From positions 1 to 11,224 of the forward strand of contig RDNZ01000065.1 of the NCBI GenBank assembly GCA_011364905.1: a stretch of DNA of 11,224 nucleotides. Direction: 5' to 3'. The notes under the pieces were generated by a model, which did no database searches, was not told where the DNA came from, and saw nothing but the letters and a program-made list of their open reading frames with translations. The first letter of the stretch is position 1, and the number at the start of each line of letters is the position of its first letter. Shown here in pieces: positions 1-7,211 of this stretch. This stretch comes from Candidatus Thorarchaeota archaeon (lineage in GTDB: Archaea; Asgardarchaeota; Thorarchaeia; Thorarchaeales; Thorarchaeaceae). Position numbers and translations under genes: made by a program.

Positions 1-37
1 AGGATTCTACTACAATATCAAGTTCAGTTACAATCAT
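1..37 (-). CDS. 5' end of a gene running off the left edge (MIVTELDIVVES...), product unknown
   Basis: Minus-strand ATG at 37 with a strong Shine-Dalgarno GGAGGTG (complement of 48-54) 10 nt upstream. The frame is open to the window edge, and a TATATA element lies at 86-91. Confidence 0.6.
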   Translation of the reverse strand, partial: MIVTELDIVVES

Positions 38-81
38 AGTTTGTTTGCACCTCCGTTAACCATTCTTCGAGGCTCGGAATT

Positions 82-92
82 CAAAGTATATA
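82..92. promoter_or_regulatory. Putative archaeal BRE/TATA element in the divergent intergenic region
   Basis: CAAAGTATATA: a purine-rich stretch followed by the palindromic TATATA, between the divergent left-edge gene and xpb. Confidence 0.35.
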
Positions 93-229
93 GGCGTTCC
101 GGTCACCGCGAGAATTGAATAAGCCGATAGGGAAGGATTTATTTCCTTCATATTTGGCCGTCCCACGCTTTCCGTGTGTGGAAAGCTTAGTATGGTGTGT
201 TATGAATCATATCTGGATGATGAATAGGC

Positions 230-1936
230 ATGGCGAATCCCAGTAACCCACTCATAGTACAGTCTGACAAATCGGTCCTCCTAGAGGTAGACAATCCACT
301 ATACGAGGATGCCAGAGATTCACTCGCACGTTTTGCAGAACTTGTCAAAAGCCCAGAGTATGTTCACACCTATCGTGTCACTCCACTCAGCCTCTGGAAC
401 GCAGCAGCCATGGGGATGACACCTGACGAGGTCATTGCAGCGCTTGAGAAATTCGCCAAGTATCCGATTCCCGGGAACATTTCAAGAGAAATTGTTGATT
501 ACATGTCCAGATATGGTCAACTCTCCCTGTACAAGGAAGGCCCAGACCTTCTCCTTTTGTGCGAAGATGAAGACCTTGCAGAGGAGATATGGGCAAACAC
601 AAAGCTGAGAGAGTTTCTAATTGACCGTGTGGACGCAGTAACAATTCGGGTTGATCCTGACCAGAGAGGATTTCTAAAATATGCGTTGATTGAGATTGGT
701 CATCCGGTCGAGGACGTAGCAGGTTATGTTGAAGGAGAACATCTTCCCTTTGAAATCCGCGACGTGACTCTTGAAGGTAAGAAATGGGACCTTCGAGCAT
801 ATCAGAAGGATGCAGTCGCCATCTTTTATGCTGGAGGCGGCGTTAAGGGAGGCTCTGGCGTAGTTGTCTTACCTTGTGGGGCAGGCAAAACGATGGTGGG
901 GATTGGAGCTATGTATAATCTGCAGACCTCTACAATCATTTTGTGCCCCAACGTCGTTGCGGTCAGGCAATGGATAGCTGAACTTCTTGACAAGACTACA
1001 TTGAAACCTGAAGACATTGGTGAATATACTGGTGACAATAAGGAAATTCGGCCTGTGACTGTGGCCACCTACCAAATTCTAACATGGCGCAAGTCTAGGG
1101 AGGAGAAGTTCCCCCATTTCCAGATTTTTGAGGCAAGAAACTGGGGACTGATAATCTATGATGAGGTACATCTACTTCCCGCACCTGTCTTTCGAGTAAC
1201 TGCGACAATCCAAGCCACAAGAAGACTTGGACTAACTGCAACTCTGGTCCGAGAGGATGGAAAAGAGGAGGATGTCTTCAGCTTGATTGGTCCCAAGCGT
1301 TTCGATATGCCGTGGAAACAGCTTGAAGATCAGGGGTGGATTGCGACAGCCATTTGCTACGAGATAAGACTTGACCTGCCAGACAACATGCGGAGAACCT
1401 ATGCCTTGGCAGAGGACAGGAAGAAATATCGAATCGCAGCTGAAAATCCATTCAAACTCGATGTGATTAAAGAGCTTCTCCAGTATCATGAGAATGACAA
1501 TATTCTGGTCATAGGCATGTATCTTGACCAATTGAAAATCATTGCCGATGAGGTTGATGCGCCACTCATCACCGGAAAGACACCTAATGACGAGAGGCAA
1601 CGTCTCTATAACGCTTTTAGAGAGGGCGAACAGAAGATCCTTATCGTATCTAAAGTTGCCAATTTCGCACTTGATCTCCCGGATGCCAATGTAGCTATCC
1701 AAGTATCAGGAACATTTGGTTCGCGGCAAGAAGAGGCACAGCGATTGGGAAGAATTCTACGGCCCAAAATCGATGGATCATTCGCTCGATTTTATTCACT
1801 TATCACAAAGGACACCCGTGACATGGACTTTGCAGCTAAACGACAGCTTTTCCTCACCGAGCAAGGCTATCAATACGTGATTGCATCTGCAGAAGAAAAA
1901 ATCTGGCTTACTCCACCTGAGAGCTTTTTCAATTAG
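230..1936 (+). CDS. xpb: XPB/Rad25/ERCC3-family SF2 DNA repair helicase/translocase, long form with N-terminal Helicase_C_3-type domain
   Basis: Walker A VLPCGAGKT, Walker B DEVH, motif III plus RED (GLTATLVRED), motif VI GSRQEEAQRLGRILRPK and C-terminal KRQLFLTEQGY. The N-terminus PLIVQSDKSVLLEVD...SPEYVHTYRVTPLSLWNA resembles mycobacterial-type XPB. Confidence 0.95.
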   Translation: MANPSNPLIVQSDKSVLLEVDNPLYEDARDSLARFAELVKSPEYVHTYRVTPLSLWNAAAMGMTPDEVIAALEKFAKYPIPGNISREIVDYMSRYGQLSLYKEGPDLLLLCEDEDLAEEIWANTKLREFLIDRVDAVTIRVDPDQRGFLKYALIEIGHPVEDVAGYVEGEHLPFEIRDVTLEGKKWDLRAYQKDAVAIFYAGGGVKGGSGVVVLPCGAGKTMVGIGAMYNLQTSTIILCPNVVAVRQWIAELLDKTTLKPEDIGEYTGDNKEIRPVTVATYQILTWRKSREEKFPHFQIFEARNWGLIIYDEVHLLPAPVFRVTATIQATRRLGLTATLVREDGKEEDVFSLIGPKRFDMPWKQLEDQGWIATAICYEIRLDLPDNMRRTYALAEDRKKYRIAAENPFKLDVIKELLQYHENDNILVIGMYLDQLKIIADEVDAPLITGKTPNDERQRLYNAFREGEQKILIVSKVANFALDLPDANVAIQVSGTFGSRQEEAQRLGRILRPKIDGSFARFYSLITKDTRDMDFAAKRQLFLTEQGYQYVIASAEEKIWLTPPESFFN

Positions 1937-2895
1937 AGCAGGATTGAGCTCAATCTAGTAATCTTAGAACGAATATAGTCAATGAGAGCTGACCGTATTC
2001 TCTTTGTTGCCAGGCTTGGTTCTAGAAGACCTGCTTCCATTGAGAGCAACCGTTCCAGAGACCAAAGAATCAGATAGGCAATGAGCGGAGGTCTCAGCCT
2101 GTTCACCTCCTCCGTTTCTTCAGGCGATACTAAACCCTCGGGCAAGTCTTGCGATGCTCCAGCATCTGCTTCTATCAGATACGCCAAGTCGAAGAAACGC
2201 GATCCATATGCGCAGGACTCAAGATCGAGAAGAATTGCTGATCCTTCTCGGAAGACAATATTGGGTGCCCATAAATCCCCATGCATCAGCTCGGAAGGCC
2301 ATGTTCTTAGCGAGTCGGCATATTTGAGTACACTAGGATAGATCTCTCCAAAAGAGGCAAGAAGGTCATCAACTTCTTGTGAACATCTGGAACGATGCAT
2401 ATGGTTTTCAGTAACTTCATAGATGGATGTCAGGTACTCGTGTGCCGAAGTGTGTAGTATGAGTCCAGGTGGTTTTTGCTGAGAGAAAATCAGAAGACTT
2501 CTCCGCAGAGATTCTAGTTCGCTGAGTGTATAGTCTGCCAAATCTTCATGAATCACGCCGTCGATATACTCGAATATGATGAACGGAGTGTCAGCATCAT
2601 CAGAGAGGTTGCCAACTGCGAGCGGCTTGGCTGTAACTCCTGTTTTACCAAGGAATGAACTAGTGGCAAAAAGGCGATTGTAGTGTGATGTTTCATAGGG
2701 AGGAACCGAAGCGGGTACCTTCAAGACGAAGTCAATTCCATCAGACTGCCCAAGAACATTGATGTTTGACCAACCCCCAAGTGACTGCTCTTTCAAGACG
2801 ACATCACCATCAAAGAAATCACATGCGTCACGAAGAAGTTGTTCCAACTCGACAATGGTGTGCCCGTGGGTTCTGGTGAATCCCAGATCTTTCAT
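1933..2895 (-). CDS. Aminoglycoside phosphotransferase / choline kinase-like phosphotransferase (protein kinase-like fold)
   Basis: Gly-rich loop LGGWSNIN, FVLKVP lysine, Brenner motif HGDLWAPN, metal-binding LLDLE and GSRFFDLAYL. Start moved from 3015 to ATG 2895 (MKDLGF) to avoid a head-to-head overlap with the gene at 2950. Confidence 0.8.
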   Translation of the reverse strand: MKDLGFTRTHGHTIVELEQLLRDACDFFDGDVVLKEQSLGGWSNINVLGQSDGIDFVLKVPASVPPYETSHYNRLFATSSFLGKTGVTAKPLAVGNLSDDADTPFIIFEYIDGVIHEDLADYTLSELESLRRSLLIFSQQKPPGLILHTSAHEYLTSIYEVTENHMHRSRCSQEVDDLLASFGEIYPSVLKYADSLRTWPSELMHGDLWAPNIVFREGSAILLDLESCAYGSRFFDLAYLIEADAGASQDLPEGLVSPEETEEVNRLRPPLIAYLILWSLERLLSMEAGLLEPSLATKRIRSALIDYIRSKITRLSSILL

Positions 2896-2949
2896 CTCCG
2901 CAGTTCTACACCCGACAACTTCTAAAAGGCTGTCGGGGGTTGCCAAGTC

Positions 2950-3237
2950 ATGAACGGGAGAGACCTCCTTCTCATACTCGCACACCTTTTCAGAATGAAA
3001 GGCAACCCTGTTCAAGTTGAAGATGCAGTTGAGTTCATCTCATTCAGGTGTAGGTACGGCCAACCAAGCCTAGTGAGACGTATGCTCACAATGGCAGTTG
3101 CAAATGAAATGATATCAAGAGTCAAAGACACTCTCAAAGCGGAATTTCTCTTTGACCGTCAGGTACTTCCGCCCAACCTTGCATCTATTCTGTCTGATAA
3201 AGTCAATATTGATAGCAGTATCGAGCCCATGTTTTAG
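2950..3237 (+). CDS. DUF2240-like small archaeal protein (probable winged helix)
   Basis: 95 aa. The pattern LAHLFRMKG...FISFRCRYGQP...RRMLTMAVANEMI...LKAEF...VLPPN resembles the N-terminal part of archaeal DUF2240 proteins. It fills the gap between the kinase and RFC genes. Confidence 0.65.
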   Translation: MNGRDLLLILAHLFRMKGNPVQVEDAVEFISFRCRYGQPSLVRRMLTMAVANEMISRVKDTLKAEFLFDRQVLPPNLASILSDKVNIDSSIEPMF

Positions 3238-4346
3238 GCTTGCTCAGCGGCAATTGCCCGAAGCGATGCTAGCAGTGCAGCTAGATGAACAAATGCGTTC
3301 TTTCCCTGTAGAAGACGAAAATCAATCTCTGCGACTCTGTCCAAAACCTTGCTAAGAACCTCAGGCGCAAAAGGTCGTTTCACAAGGTCTCTCTCAATCT
3401 CAAGACAAATCTCCTGAGGGGTGTATCCGTCAATAGCGACGAGATTTCGAATCTCCTTTCTTGCTGGGGCATATTGGCCATCTAGTGCCAGTGTCACGAT
3501 ATTCCGTGCGCTCTCTGTCAACTGAGTTTCAGCATGCTCATAGACAACATCTTCTGTGACAGAATTACTTGCAGCGGAGGTTATCTGGAGTAGATTCATT
3601 GCACGTCGAAGATCGCCTTCCGTTTCTCGTGCGATGGTGGTTACAGCAGTGTCATCTATTTTCACGTGCTCTTTCTTGGCGATGTTCCTAATGAAGTCTT
3701 GAGCAACTTCAATGGATAAAGGTGGAAAATTCAATGTTAGAGACCTCGATATAATGGCCGGACTCCATCCTGAGAGCGTTGGAGTGATGAGAATGAATCG
3801 ACAGGTGTCACTGTATAGTTCCATGGTCCTTCTAAGAGCTTGTTGCATACCCCAACTAAGAGCATCAGCTTCGTCTAGCACAAGAATCTTGACTTTTTCG
3901 TTTGTGACCGTAGCGGTTGATGCAAAGAAGCGGATTGCTTCAGACAGAATCTCCGACCTTGTGGGATTGCCTGAGCGGCCCCGCGCGTTCCTTGCAGATT
4001 TCGCCTCACGATAAATCACGGAGATATACTCTTCCAACTCAGATCTCTTACCACGTTCGAGCTTCGCAAGGTCTTGAACAGAACGTTTTGCCTTGGTCAC
4101 CGGGATGTCCCAAACATCACGGATATTTAGGATTTTGAAGTTTGCATTAAAGCTGTCACCCAATATGGTTCTGCAGAAGATCTCAGAAGCACAAGTCTTT
4201 CCTGTTCCCTCAGGTCCATAGAAAATCATATTCGTGAAAATGCCGGACTCGGCTAGGGATTTCAGTTGCTTTATAGTATTGTCTTTGCCAACGAAATCAC
4301 TCCATGTCTTAGGCCTGTATTTTACGCTCCATAGGACTGGTTCCAA
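3234..4346 (-). CDS. rfcS: Replication factor C small subunit, divergent paralog with insertion
   Basis: WSVKYRPKTWSDFVG (RFC box II), Walker A GPEGTGKT, Walker B LDEADAL, QQALRRTME, arginine-finger SRS, sensor-2 GDLRRA and a C-terminal collar domain. Likely start is TTG at 4346, preceded by an SD-like GGTGA. Confidence 0.9.
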   Translation of the reverse strand: MEPVLWSVKYRPKTWSDFVGKDNTIKQLKSLAESGIFTNMIFYGPEGTGKTCASEIFCRTILGDSFNANFKILNIRDVWDIPVTKAKRSVQDLAKLERGKRSELEEYISVIYREAKSARNARGRSGNPTRSEILSEAIRFFASTATVTNEKVKILVLDEADALSWGMQQALRRTMELYSDTCRFILITPTLSGWSPAIISRSLTLNFPPLSIEVAQDFIRNIAKKEHVKIDDTAVTTIARETEGDLRRAMNLLQITSAASNSVTEDVVYEHAETQLTESARNIVTLALDGQYAPARKEIRNLVAIDGYTPQEICLEIERDLVKRPFAPEVLSKVLDRVAEIDFRLLQGKNAFVHLAALLASLRAIAAEQA

Positions 4347-4422
4347 GTTTTCACCCAAAATCGTGTCGGACCATTTGAAGATAAGATTGTTTCTTTTTCC
4401 GACAGAGTTATTCAGACATGTG

Positions 4423-4459
4423 ATTATATAATTTGGCAAAACCAAAAGTTCCTTATATG
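4423..4459. promoter_or_regulatory. Divergent promoter elements between rfcS and the p52-like gene
   Basis: Palindromic ATTATATAAT at 4423-4432, and AAAAGTTCCTTATATG (BRE/TATA-like) at 4444-4459, inside a 166-bp intergenic gap. Confidence 0.45.
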
Positions 4460-4512
4460 CTCAAAAGCTGGGCGCTTGTTTGCAATTGACTGGTTTGCGG
4501 TCGGTTAAGATT

Positions 4513-6231
4513 ATGACGAAAGAGACCCTTGAGAAAGAATTGGAACACATCCTAAGGGAGGATTTGATTGTGGCATGCCAGTACTGGTCAATTGATGTCA
4601 CTGGCAAGGACACAGGAGCATCTCTTATCAAAATGCTAGCAGAAAAGATGCGGGATCCCGATGAGCGCGCCAAAGTCTTTGCGACATTCTCACCTCTGGA
4701 ACGTGACCTTCTCGGCATTCTTACTCTAAGTGGGGGAGCAATGAGCTATGACCGTCTCAAACCATTCAGGAAGATTTACAGCTATGGACAATTGAATCAG
4801 ACTGAGAGAGACCTTCGAAAGAAGGGGATAATCATACGAAGGATGATGTCACGTCTAACTGAGTTTGGAAGAGAAGTAGCGGAATTCAAGATTCTGGATT
4901 TCTTCATACCTCACTTGAGAGATTTCTTCGAAAAGAAACCAGAGCCACATCCAGAAAAGCCAAAGAAGACAAAAAGCATCGTGAACGACAGAGACACATT
5001 GCTCATCGACATGCTCCTCCTCGTATCGTATCTGGCAAAACGAGAGGTCCATCTCACAAGTGCTTGGGAGTTTCCAAGAAGAGAGATGGACAATATAAAG
5101 GAGTCAATGTCCAAAGCCACTGATGAGCGATTTGAACTTGTTCAAAAAATGGCTCGGAAAATGGGGGCTTACACTGTAGTAGAAGAAGACAGAGTCCTAC
5201 CCTCGAATATCAGCTTGTTGTTTGCTGGCGAATACCATAATGTGGCCCGAAGACTGTTGCTATCACAACTTGGGCGGACACGAGCAATATGGGCAACTCC
5301 AGACCAACCCACCGAGTATACTCTCAACTTGACAATATGCAGATTGAGAGAAAGTACATCCGAGGAGTGGATAAGCGTTGAGGAGCTAAAGGACTGGATA
5401 AGAAGTGAGCTGTTCATTGAGAATCAACAACAAAAATGGATTCAAGTCGACGATGACAGAGTTCAACTTTCACTGGAAACTCCCCTTCTTTTGGGGCTCG
5501 TTGAAGGTGCTTATCGCGGAAAGAAACTCCTTGCAGTCAAGCTTACAGAGGTTGGAGAAATTGTCCTTAAAGGAACACCCTTCGACCCCGCAGAAAGTCG
5601 GGAAACATTCTTTGTTTTACCGAATTTCGAGGTCACAGTCTTCAGTACCGAAATGGAATATCAGAACTTGTACCGCTTGATGCTAATTACAGAACCCGTA
5701 AAAACGGATGTTGTGAGTACATTCAAGATTACCGACAAATCGGTCTTCGATGCAATTGAGATAGGTCTTCGAGAGGATGATATTCTTGGATTCTTGAAAA
5801 ACGTGAGTACTAAGCCGATTCCTAGAAATGTAGATCGATCCATTAAGGATTGGACATCCCAAACGACCTTTACATCAATCTCCGATGTTATGTTATTTGA
5901 AACAGAGAGTGAGAGAGACCTCGAGGGATTGATGCTTATCCCAGACTTCACAAAGCGGATTGTGAGAAAGGTTGGACCAACAGCAGTAATTGTATCCGGC
6001 GATATGGACGAGCTCAGCGAGAAACTTCGAAAACACAAGTGTATGGTCCGGAGGAAAACAGGCGAGGATGAAACTGCTGTTTCACCAGACTCATCAGTTA
6101 CAGAGCAGTTTCTACTTTATAATGAGGGGCAGAGCGCTGAAGATGTTCCGGATCTCTGTAATGGATGTCCAGCCGTACAATCGTGTAATAAGATCATTCG
6201 AAGGCGAAGTCAAATAACACGAGGTAACTAG
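4513..6231 (+). CDS. Helicase-associated (Helicase_C_3) domain protein, TFIIH p52/Tfb2-like; putative XPB partner
   Basis: FFVLPNFEVTVF...FKITDKSVFDAIEIGLREDDILGFLKNVSTKPIPRNVDRSIKDW matches the Helicase_C_3/p52 clutch pattern. It is preceded by LGLVE...VKLTEVG (winged-helix end) and followed by a small alpha/beta domain. No ATPase motifs. Start is ATG 4513 or TTG 4480. Confidence 0.8.
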   Translation: MTKETLEKELEHILREDLIVACQYWSIDVTGKDTGASLIKMLAEKMRDPDERAKVFATFSPLERDLLGILTLSGGAMSYDRLKPFRKIYSYGQLNQTERDLRKKGIIIRRMMSRLTEFGREVAEFKILDFFIPHLRDFFEKKPEPHPEKPKKTKSIVNDRDTLLIDMLLLVSYLAKREVHLTSAWEFPRREMDNIKESMSKATDERFELVQKMARKMGAYTVVEEDRVLPSNISLLFAGEYHNVARRLLLSQLGRTRAIWATPDQPTEYTLNLTICRLRESTSEEWISVEELKDWIRSELFIENQQQKWIQVDDDRVQLSLETPLLLGLVEGAYRGKKLLAVKLTEVGEIVLKGTPFDPAESRETFFVLPNFEVTVFSTEMEYQNLYRLMLITEPVKTDVVSTFKITDKSVFDAIEIGLREDDILGFLKNVSTKPIPRNVDRSIKDWTSQTTFTSISDVMLFETESERDLEGLMLIPDFTKRIVRKVGPTAVIVSGDMDELSEKLRKHKCMVRRKTGEDETAVSPDSSVTEQFLLYNEGQSAEDVPDLCNGCPAVQSCNKIIRRRSQITRGN

Positions 6232-6345
6232 ACTCGAAGAGCCTCCATCTCAAGTAACCGGCGAGCCATTTTTTGGAGTTGGGGGTATTGGCGAAAAAGA
6301 CCCAGTAAGAATCTTCTTTCAAGTTCTAGAGAAAGGAACAGTTTG

Positions 6346-7200
6346 CTAGAAGGGCCAAGGTGTGAGTCTTGGTGGAATGTGCGGTGGAATAAACCCTGGA
6401 AACCAGATGTTCATCAATGGAAACCATGATGCGAAAAACACTGTCACCAAAAGAAGAACCGCGAATGTCAATGTATGAGCAGCGGTCACATAAGTGTAGT
6501 ATGGTCTAATGTAGGAATAAAACGCAAAGGCGGGAATAGATAAAGCAACCATTGCCATAATCTCGACCGGGTCAAAGAAGAAAGGCATAGAAATTGGCCA
6601 AAGGAAATAGAACAACCCAGTAATCTTGTCGCTTGATGTTTCATGATGTGCAATTTTATGAATCCCATCAACACCCTGAGCTAGGAAGAAGACAGGGATT
6701 AAGAGCCACCACTGAAGTCCAACAAAGAACATCGGACCTGCATAGAAGAGAAGATCTCCCAAGCTCTCAACTCGTTCCCAGAACGGATTCCTGCTGATAA
6801 ACTCGGTCATCTCTGTCATGTAGTATCCAAGCATTTGAAATGCCACTAAAACCGGGAGCAACACGAATGATATGGCAATCATTAGGACAGCGGCCTTTGG
6901 AAGCTCGGGAATCTTCCCCTCATGATAGTTATCAAGTGGGTAAATACCGTGGAGTGTGAAAGCAGTAGCAAGGACAACTAATCCACTTGGAAGGAAAAAC
7001 AAAGGTTGGAAGATATACTGAAAGACCCCAAAGCCTTGATACACATTGCCAGAAACCGGACTGAACGAAGCATCAAGAATTGGAAGGAAATACCATACTC
7101 CAAACACAACGAGGAGTTCAGGGATGAGCATCTTCAAACGATAATCCTGAACGAATTTCATCACAAGACCGGATTCTATGGATTGTTCTTCCAAAATCAT
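6346..7200 (-). CDS. Hypothetical polytopic membrane protein (about 7-8 TM segments)
   Basis: 284-aa ORF with many hydrophobic segments and a Pro-rich C-terminus; starts 11 bp after the 97-aa gene. Confidence 0.75.
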   Translation of the reverse strand: MILEEQSIESGLVMKFVQDYRLKMLIPELLVVFGVWYFLPILDASFSPVSGNVYQGFGVFQYIFQPLFFLPSGLVVLATAFTLHGIYPLDNYHEGKIPELPKAAVLMIAISFVLLPVLVAFQMLGYYMTEMTEFISRNPFWERVESLGDLLFYAGPMFFVGLQWWLLIPVFFLAQGVDGIHKIAHHETSSDKITGLFYFLWPISMPFFFDPVEIMAMVALSIPAFAFYSYIRPYYTYVTAAHTLTFAVLLLVTVFFASWFPLMNIWFPGFIPPHIPPRLTPWPF

Positions 7201-7211
7201 CGACTCCTAGG

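Noticed and set aside
1933-2895. Kinase as an antibiotic-resistance gene or as a Bax1 nuclease partner of XPB
   Set aside because: Only generic APH/choline-kinase motifs are present. There is no mobile context and no nuclease motif.
2896-3015. N-terminal 40 codons of the 360-aa kinase ORF
   Set aside because: They would overlap the DUF2240-like gene head-to-head and lie upstream of any kinase motif; ATG 2895 is more plausible.
2950-3237. 95-aa protein as a TFIIH p8/Tfb5 equivalent
   Set aside because: The size is suggestive, but the sequence fits a DUF2240-like winged helix rather than the p8 pattern.
3930-4130. RFC insertion as an intein
   Set aside because: Too short, lacks the Cys/Ser start and His-Asn end, and is not at the Walker A site typical of RFC inteins.
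4347-4445. N-terminal 33 codons of the 403-aa RFC ORF
   Set aside because: They run through TATA-like promoter sequence. RFC homology starts at WSVKYRP, just after the SD-preceded TTG at 4346.
5143-6275. 14-nt inverted match CAAAAAATGGCTCG (5143-5156 and 6262-6275) as mobile-element ends
   Set aside because: One such match is expected by chance in 11 kb. One copy lies inside an intact CDS, and there is no transposase.
6232-6345. Terminator or small ORF in the convergent gap
   Set aside because: Short T-tracts occur on both strands, but there is no convincing hairpin or supported ORF.
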